Source of the DNA: a virus
Direction: 5' to 3' (one strand)
IMG/VR virus record: IMGVR_UViG_3300050495_000032
DNA: 15,915 nt
Shown here: positions 13,593-15,915 of the stretch, one piece after another
Layout of the letters: the number at the start of each line of letters is the position of its first letter
Numbering within the stretch: position 1 is the first letter of the stretch
Made by a program: the position numbers and the translations under genes
The notes under the pieces: generated by a model
What the model was told of the DNA's origin: nothing
Database searches by the model: none
What the model saw: the letters and a program-made list of their open reading frames with translations, nothing else

Positions 13593-13931
13593 CTAGTAAG
13601 CTAACAGTAATTGATCTTTTAACCTGTTCGCCTCGTTAAGCACAGACTGGGCATCGGGCCAGTTTTCCAATGAATCGTAAGCATGTGCTGTATCAAACCC
13701 GAACACCCACATACCCCGGCACTCATCCGGGCACCAATCCTGCCATGTACCTGAATAAGTCAACCCACCATGAACTTCTATACCCTCGATACTACCGTAA
13801 TCCAACCCAAAATACGGGTGATCGGAAGGAATCGCTACATACCCGTTACCCCAACCGCCTATCAATGGGAATCTTGAAGTAACAGCAAAAGCAACCAATC
13901 TATCAGCCTTTGTTAGTGCCCCCTTTGTCAT
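13593..13931 (-). CDS. Hypothetical protein with a GGWGNGYV...VHGGLTY...GFDTAHAYD motif set (112 aa)
   Basis: The His/Asp-containing motifs look like a small conserved enzyme-like domain, but I cannot name a family from memory. It ends TAG-GGA-TGA. Confidence 0.55.
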   Translation of the reverse strand: MTKGALTKADRLVAFAVTSRFPLIGGWGNGYVAIPSDHPYFGLDYGSIEGIEVHGGLTYSGTWQDWCPDECRGMWVFGFDTAHAYDSLENWPDAQSVLNEANRLKDQLLLAY

Positions 13932-13947
13932 AATACTATAAGTTGAT

Positions 13948-14253
13948 TTATGTTAATTGAGCAGTCAACCGGTCATTTTGCCCCCGGTGCCATATAATGG
14001 AATGGTAGCGCACATTGGTGCCCGAATAAAATTCAACTACGTTTTTTACATCGGTGTACCCAAAACCTGGTTTGTCCTGACAGGGATCACAGATGTACGC
14101 AACCCCCTGATCCTTTGCCCCTGTGATGAAATTACCCTATTTAGGAAACCCCCAGGTTATTGTTACCGGCACTTGTACCATGGTCGGGATACCGGTCAGG
14201 GGACCGCCACAGGCGCAACACCGGCAATACTTTACAATTTCTTCAGCCAACAT
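13948..14253 (-). CDS. Zinc-ribbon-like ORF (101 codons) interrupted by a single in-frame TAG at 14137-14139
   Basis: Hand-translated: MLAEEIVKYCRCCACGGPLTGIPTMVQVPVTITWGFPK-TAG-GNFITGAKDQGVAYICDPCQDKPGFGYTDVKNVVEFYSGTNVRYHSIIWHRGQNDRLTAQLT-TAA. It exactly fills the only large gap (13932-14271) in the gene array. The CxxC pairs lie on either side of the TAG, and the second half has no ATG. Confidence 0.45.
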
Positions 14254-14271
14254 CGGTTCAATTTTTAAAGG

Positions 14272-14481
14272 TTATAAAAGCATTTCAGCGCGTTCAGGGG
14301 GCAGGTTGTTTCTGAATTGCCGCCATTGGCCGGCAAGCGTACCCAACACCCCCCTGGTATCGTTGTAGATCTGTTTTTCGTTAAGATCTGCGGCGTCGCG
14401 TAATGCGCCAACTTTGTCGTATATCTTATCGATATCTTCCGCAATGTCCATAACGTAATCGTAGTAAGACTTTTTTGTCAT
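14272..14481 (-). CDS. Hypothetical helical protein (69 aa)
   Basis: ATG start and TAA stop, 5 nt downstream of the preceding gene. Confidence 0.55.
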   Translation of the reverse strand: MTKKSYYDYVMDIAEDIDKIYDKVGALRDAADLNEKQIYNDTRGVLGTLAGQWRQFRNNLPPERAEMLL

Positions 14482-14486
14482 ATGTT

Positions 14487-14786
14487 TTAATCAAAAGGTT
14501 TCTGTTTACCAAACCCGGAATAATACTCATGGATCAACGGCTTACTGTGAAACGCCCGGATAATTCCAACACCACCCTTAAATATTAACTGCACAATTTT
14601 AGCCGGTTCTTCATTTGCACACCCCTTTAAGCTATCCGCATAGATACATACCGGGTAACCGTTGCGTTGTTCGTTGGTGTCTATAAAGCCGAAAAAGGTA
14701 CGAGCAGAAACACCGTACTTTTTGCATAGCTCATCCAATTCTTTATCAAAACTGTTGATGTGGTCAATTGCCTCTTCACGTGTCAT
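14487..14786 (-). CDS. Hypothetical protein (99 aa), probable paralogue of 14808..15068
   Basis: It shares MT(R/D)(E/R)E...(L/V)C(K/E)K...x29...DSL(K/N)G spacing with its neighbour. Confidence 0.55.
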   Translation of the reverse strand: MTREEAIDHINSFDKELDELCKKYGVSARTFFGFIDTNEQRNGYPVCIYADSLKGCANEEPAKIVQLIFKGGVGIIRAFHSKPLIHEYYSGFGKQKPFD

Positions 14787-14807
14787 GGTAAAATCTTGAT
14801 TTTATGG

Positions 14808-15068
14808 TTAGTTGCCGTCACTGTCCGGATTAGTTAGCCCTTTACTACGTGTCGGGTTCTCCCATCCAGCATCCCGCAGCATAGTGTTTAGCCTGACAAC
14901 AATGTGCTTAAGAAATGTACCGTTTAAACTATCTGTTGGATCAAAGACAGCGAAAGTATTGTCCGTACTATCCGGAGAGATCCAAAGCCCAGCCAAACCG
15001 CGCAGTTTGTGCTTTTCACACACTGCACCGAGATCTTTGTAAACTTCCTGCATTTCCCGATCTGTCAT
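14808..15068 (-). CDS. Hypothetical protein (86 aa)
   Basis: The track start at 15104 lies inside a terminator hairpin. I trimmed it to the ATG at 15068 (MTDREMQEV). Confidence 0.55.
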   Translation of the reverse strand: MTDREMQEVYKDLGAVCEKHKLRGLAGLWISPDSTDNTFAVFDPTDSLNGTFLKHIVVRLNTMLRDAGWENPTRSKGLTNPDSDGN

Positions 15069-15093
15069 ATAGATAAAATTTGTTTGTAGTAAT

Positions 15094-15122
15094 AAAAAGC
15101 GCAAGGTGGAAACCCCGCGCTT
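15094..15122 (-). terminator. Intrinsic terminator (8-bp stem with two G-U pairs on the minus-strand RNA, T5 run)
   Basis: Minus strand reads GCGCGGGG-TTTCCA-CCTTGCGC-TTTTTATT. The two mismatches on the plus strand are G-U wobbles on the minus strand. Confidence 0.65.
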
Positions 15123-15183
15123 ATGTGATAAAATCCATTCTAAAGATAGGGGCAGATGCAGAAGTACCCACCCGTAGCTGTTA

Positions 15184-15205
15184 GACCAAAACAGGGCCGA
15201 AGCCC
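15184..15205 (-). terminator. Small UUCG-tetraloop hairpin plus T-run directly after the stop codon
   Basis: Minus strand reads GGGC-TTCG-GCCC-TGTTTTGG, starting 1 nt after the TAA at 15207-15209. Confidence 0.5.
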
Positions 15206-15206
15206 A

Positions 15207-15431
15207 TTAAACCAATAATAAAAGAACGTGACGGTAATTAGTTCCCGGCATTACCGTTATTTCGTTTTGAACATCTTCACACAACAGGACAGGGCAGGCA
15301 TTTTCTGAATGCCTGACAAACCGGAATATACGGTTTGGGTGGTAAGAATCTCCCGTAACCGCAGATATCAAATAAGTGCTCTTATCAACGAACTCAAACC
15401 GCTGTCCTTCTTTCAATTCCTTCAAAAGCAT
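15207..15431 (-). CDS. Hypothetical protein (74 aa)
   Basis: ATG start and TAA stop, followed by two terminator-like hairpins. Confidence 0.55.
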   Translation of the reverse strand: MLLKELKEGQRFEFVDKSTYLISAVTGDSYHPNRIFRFVRHSENACPVLLCEDVQNEITVMPGTNYRHVLLLLV

Positions 15432-15463
15432 ACCAATCTATTATAAAGTTGTTTGTTAAAGGT

Positions 15464-15488
15464 AACGACCGGGAATTAACCGGTCGTT
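15464..15488. other. Perfect 9-bp hairpin (aacgaccgg-gaattaa-ccggtcgtt) in the 223-nt intergenic region
   Basis: Seen directly. There is no T-run on the minus strand and only a weak one (tgttt) on the plus strand. Function unknown. Confidence 0.5.
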
Positions 15489-15654
15489 TGTTTCCATGTG
15501 TACTACCCAAAAAATGGAATCTCGTTTGGTTGATACGGGCAACGGATTAATGATTGCAATGACTGTAGCGAAAAGAAACTAACTGCCGGGGCTACAGTGT
15601 CGGATCTAACTTAACAGGCCCCCACGGCCCAAATTTTTCAGTCTGAAACCCCCC

Positions 15655-15915
15655 TTATTCCTGATGAGGATGATGCGCAATTTCTTTCGGCACGAACTGG
15701 GGCAGGTACTGGTAGTTCGCTATAACAGGATACAATCCCAGTAAAGCAAACGCGTCGCGTGTGCATGGTACAGGCAGCGCAATTTCTATAAGGTCAGTGC
15801 CCTCAAACATATCCCTTATCGAATCTTCATTAAACTTACCGGCGCCGGCCAAACTATCTGAATAGCCGTACCCACCATGCCGCCAGTACATCGTAATATT
15901 CTCATCGGAGTATTT
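15655..15915 (-). CDS. Hypothetical protein, C-terminal part of the junction-spanning ORF (same gene as 1..208)
   Basis: Track ORF 15655..15891 stays open to the window end. Through the circular junction it continues to the ATG at 208, giving 113 aa in total. Confidence 0.6.
   Translation of the reverse strand, partial: KYSDENITMYWRHGGYGYSDSLAGAGKFNEDSIRDMFEGTDLIEIALPVPCTRDAFALLGLYPVIANYQYLPQFVPKEIAHHPHQE
15789..15915. repeat. Terminal direct repeat, copy 2
   Basis: Identical to 1-127. The unique genome length is therefore 15,788 bp. Confidence 0.95.

Noticed and set aside
13948-14253. Genome-wide reassignment of TAG to a sense codon, as in some Bacteroidota-infecting crAss-like and Lak phages.
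   Set aside because: Only one in-frame TAG was found. All the long structural genes and Rep are intact under the standard code, and five genes appear to terminate with TAG. Local readthrough or a nonsense allele explains the data more simply.
15432-15654. The 223-nt and 306-nt (645-950) non-coding gaps, examined for a tRNA (for example an amber suppressor) or a CRISPR-like array.
   Set aside because: There is no GTTCRANYC-type T-loop, no cloverleaf-compatible stems, and no regularly spaced repeats. Only isolated hairpins are present (15464-15488 and the 8-bp IR 15562-15569/15591-15598).

Overview
The window is a complete, circularly closed replicon. Bases 1-127 are identical to 15789-15915 (contig-end overlap), so the unique genome is 15,788 bp. 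All of the roughly 33 credible ORFs lie on the minus strand. They are tightly packed, with ATGA and TAATG stop/start overlaps. Start codons have A/T-rich upstream regions and no Shine-Dalgarno motif, and one perfect TAnnTTTG box sits upstream of the Rep gene, so a Bacteroidota host is likely. There are three blocks. (i) A 454-aa rolling-circle HUH initiator with phiX174-gpA-like motifs (FFWTVTF / HFHIAI / YLTKYITK). (ii) A ~9-kb structural/lysis block (9918 down to 951). It holds jelly-roll-like capsid candidates bracketed by GC hairpins, beta-rich spike/fibre-like proteins, seven proteins with hydrophobic membrane anchors, two extremely Arg/Lys-rich membrane proteins, a transglutaminase-like Cys-His-Asp protein and a GH24-type lysozyme. 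(iii) A ~4.6-kb block of about 17 small ORFans punctuated by intrinsic terminators. I saw no terminase, portal, Walker-A packaging ATPase, integrase, tRNA or CRISPR array. My best reading, which is inference, is an undescribed and unusually large ssDNA-type internal-membrane phage with FLiP/Finnlakeviridae-like architecture; a PM2-like dsDNA virus is the alternative. Notable oddities are a 117-nt near-perfect palindrome (12877-12993, candidate origin), a zinc-ribbon ORF split by one in-frame TAG, TAG terminators backed by nearby second stops, and a Rep gene overlapping the next gene by 113 nt. All plus-strand track ORFs look like shadow ORFs.
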